A stretch of DNA of 63,046 bases, the filler included, from Neoconidiobolus thromboides FSU 785 (Eukaryota; Fungi; Entomophthoromycota): NCBI GenBank assembly GCA_025603075.1. It is 10 parts of 10 records of this genome, joined end to end, with 100 filler letters (N's around TTAATTAATTAA, not from the genome) between each part and the next. Parts side by side here need not be neighbours in the genome. Positions count along the whole stretch, not along the records: positions 57,140 to 63,046 come from MU626739.1; 9 more parts are not named here. One strand, written 5' to 3'. The notes beneath the pieces were generated by a model. That model saw nothing but the letters and a program-made list of their open reading frames with translations, was not told the origin of the DNA and ran no database searches. Below, one piece after another: positions 60,262-63,046 of the stretch. A program made the position numbers and the translations under genes. Numbering within the stretch: position 1 is the stretch's first letter; each line of letters opens with the position of its first letter.

Positions 60262-61209
60262 TTAGAACAGGATTATAAAAATGATACAAATATTTACTAG
60301 ATTCTCAGTCGCTGTAGCCAAATCTGTAACTTTGGACTAATCAATAAATAAACACTAATTAAGATACATTAAATAAAAGATGCTTACTACACTCTCCCTG
60401 TTCTTAATTGGTGATATCAAAATAGGTTTATTCATTATCCTTCTGGGCTGTAAAAGTTGGTTTCTAAAGTTATCTTAATTTAAATTGGATAATATATACA
60501 TATATTAATACCTTTTTTCTTTACGAAATTTGTCAAAAATTGTCATTTCACCTTCGCTTACTGTTAATTGTAATATGATGTAAATATTAATGCTCCTTAC
60601 TCTTATTATTATGTATCGGTCCCAAATCTGGTTTTATTCTCATCCTTATATTAGCTAACTTTTCTTTTTTAGCCTTTTCTTCTTCTTTTGCTTGCTCAAA
60701 TATTTTTTTCATCTCAATACCGCGTCTTTTTTCTTCGTTTAATAAGTCCTATCATATCAAACGTTAAATAAAGAACAAAAGACTAAATCATTGTTACAAA
60801 ATATAGTTTTTTATAACCTAATTTTGGGACACCATCTAATTTATCAATATATCTGGCTTTGGTAAAACAAAATTTTTTCCATAATACTAAATCAATATTA
60901 AATATTTTCATACTAATAAAAATTAATATCAAGTACTGTTGTTTCTTTTTTTAAAGCTCTAAATCAATAAATATTAATAGTAATTGCTATCATTATAAAA
61001 TTTACTTGATTTTTTTCTTCAAATTTTGCTAACATTTCTGGTCCCATTTTACATAATACAGGTAATAATAATTTATACGGTATCCCTTCCACATCTTCAA
61101 TGCCTAACAAATTCATTTATTAACCTTATTTTTTCCATTTGATTTATTTACAATCTCCATATTTCAATAAACATTCCATGCTTAATTCCTTCAAGCTTTT
61201 TAGTTCCAT
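60262..61209 (-). CDS. Elongin-A-like protein, multi-exon; 3' end uncertain
   Basis: Spliced fragments MELKSLKELSMECLLKYGD, LGIEDVEGIPYKLLLPVLCKMGPEMLAKFEEKNQ, LWKKFC, GYKKLYF|DLLNEEKRR and TIFDKFRKEK fit the Elongin A BC-box/F-box-like pattern. Confidence 0.65.
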
Positions 61210-62156
61210 TTTTGCCTAAGTGATACTGCTACTGGTGGTAATATAACTGCAATAATGATTCGATAGTATTCTAAATAATAAGACTAAATATTCGAAATAT
61301 ATAAATTGATCTGAATTTTTATTGATTTAAAAAAGCAAATTTGAAAATGTGACAGTTCCTTACGGAATGTTTATTAAGTACCAAAAAAAACAATTTTGCC
61401 CAAAATGTGTTTAGCTGATACCCATTAGAACAGCTTGCAGTTAGATGCCTTTCATATTTTTTGAAGGCGATTTTTTATATAAATTTAAGGGTTGCATCCT
61501 CTTCTAAAATTTTAACTACATATTATAATAATTTGACTCTGAATTAAAAATAACGAAAGACAGCTAACTATAGGCTGTTCTATGAACGAAGTTGCTGTTT
61601 CTGGATATGTTATTATAAGTTTACTTTGTTAAAGCAAAAAGAACAAATATATGATAATAGTATCTTAAAAGTAATATAAACTCAGTTTGATTTATTTGTA
61701 AAGTTTTAGAGTAGCAAGTGTAACAAAAATAATAATTTTAAAAGTATTGACTCAATTACATTAATAAAAATAAAAATGAAAGAGAATTCCGTTGAAGTGA
61801 TTTAATAAGTAAAAAAATAAAAATAATAGAGGCTTTCTTTCGTCTCTTTCAAATTAGTCTACTTTTAATTTTTAACTGTTAAAAAATGATGAAAGTGAAT
61901 TAATCTTTATTTTTGGTTAATGATTGAGAAATAAAGTTGTGTTTTTTTGAGCTTTATTTTTGGTAAAAAAAACAATAGCCAATAAAACTTTATTTTCCAA
62001 AAAAATTTGATTAAAAATATTAGAAAAGGAAATAAGTAAAACTCAGTGAGCAAATGGGTAAAGTTTTAAAAAATAAGTGTATGCTATTCGTATTAATAGT
62101 AGCATAGTCTATAGTATATAAGGAATAGAATTGGAAAAGAAGCAGAATCAAGCATA

Positions 62157-62705
62157 ATGTATAGTTCATTTGTCAAAACGTATACTTTGTTTTTTATCTT
62201 TTTAAGCATATTAATAGCAAGCAGCAATGTTATGAATAATGGTAATGAATTGAATGACTTAGCAAATAACGAAGTTATGTGCAACAAAGTAGTAGATATA
62301 ATCAATGAAATAAGAGAAAAGAGAGGATTAAGCAAGATAAAAAAGTCGAGCAAATTAACAAAAACAGCAGAAGAGCATGCTAAAGACTTAAAGAGAAACC
62401 AGAATAATCCAAATTTAAAACTACATAGTTGGTATAATTTACATCCATGTAATTTTGATGGCAACTTTAATTGTATGTGGGAAAAACCACGTCAAGTTGC
62501 TAATTACCCATCCAATGGTTATGAAATTAGTTTTAGTGGTCTAAATGATGCTAATTCTATTGTTCAAACTTGGTTAAACTCTCCTCCACATGCTAGCGTT
62601 ATCCTTAACCAGGATTCTTTTTCAGGAGCTAAATGGAATGCTATTGGCTCTGCATCTGTTTCTCCTTTCACCGTTGTTTGGTTTGGTACGGAGCCCGATG
62701 CTTAG
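62157..62705 (+). CDS. Secreted CAP/SCP-domain protein
   Basis: Signal peptide; INEIREKRGL, LTKTAEEHAKDL, LHSW, CMWEKPR, NGYEI, WLNSPPH, WNAIG, VVWFG. Confidence 0.88.
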   Translation: MYSSFVKTYTLFFIFLSILIASSNVMNNGNELNDLANNEVMCNKVVDIINEIREKRGLSKIKKSSKLTKTAEEHAKDLKRNQNNPNLKLHSWYNLHPCNFDGNFNCMWEKPRQVANYPSNGYEISFSGLNDANSIVQTWLNSPPHASVILNQDSFSGAKWNAIGSASVSPFTVVWFGTEPDA

Positions 62706-62925
62706 CATTTATTTGCTGTTACTATGTCATTAGTATCATTACCACCATCAGTATTGTTTTTAGAGCAACAGATTAAATTTTCATTTTTACACATCCCTTT
62801 TACATTTTTTTATTCTTTAATAAAACTCAAAAACGTTAAGTTGTTATATTAAAGTATTATTTTACTAATAATAGGCTATTTATGTTGTTAAATTCAACTA
62901 ACTTTAATAACTTTAGCCTTGTGAA

Positions 62926-63046
62926 ATAAAGTTGGCATTACAAATTGACAAAATTTCTAAATTTGGACTTAACGTTGTAAATAATATCGAAATTTCTAGA
63001 TAGTTACTTAAAAATTTAGGTGAATATACTAAAACCTAGAAAAGTT
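62926..63046 (+). repeat. Third copy of the HSP20 promoter block
   Basis: Matches 9137-9261 apart from a 5-bp deletion and AACG versus AACA. Confidence 0.9.

Overview
This is not one continuous locus. It is ten AT-rich eukaryotic contigs joined by nine artificial 100-bp spacers (44 N + TTAATTAATTAA + 44 N): 1-2123, 2224-7352, 7453-13937, 14038-33016, 33117-34832, 34933-39914, 40015-45190, 45291-55226, 55327-57039 and 57140-63046. Short (~43-63 nt) GT-AG introns, TTAGGG telomere repeats and gene content suggest an early-diverging fungus (Conidiobolus/Neoconidiobolus-like; an inference). Genes recognised: SAC3/GANP, two near-identical HSP20 copies, three identical tRNA-Ala(AGC), GH16 glucanase, S9 dipeptidyl peptidase, MFS siderophore transporter with an ATCTGATAA GATA-repressor site, a subtilisin 5' fragment, two acid sphingomyelinases, a rhodanese-PTP phosphatase, KIN17, an Elongin-A-like gene, a CAP protein, and P450 and F-box pseudogenes. 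Most interesting: (1) a ~100-bp TIR element family with about 28 copies or fragments, whose P450 insertion constrains its target-site duplication; (2) two secreted 10-Cys defensin-like peptides between 156-bp inverted repeats; (3) a membrane-anchored periplasmic-binding-protein-like gene resembling algal cobalamin acquisition protein CBA1; (4) a 938-bp inverted duplication that starts exactly at a tRNA 5' end; (5) a 5.8-kb contig with direct terminal repeats inside the HSP20 promoter; (6) two convergent orphan genes sharing an unnamed ~40-aa motif; (7) a degenerate ~205-bp tandem array. All translations, alignments and splice sites were done by eye; no database searches were run.
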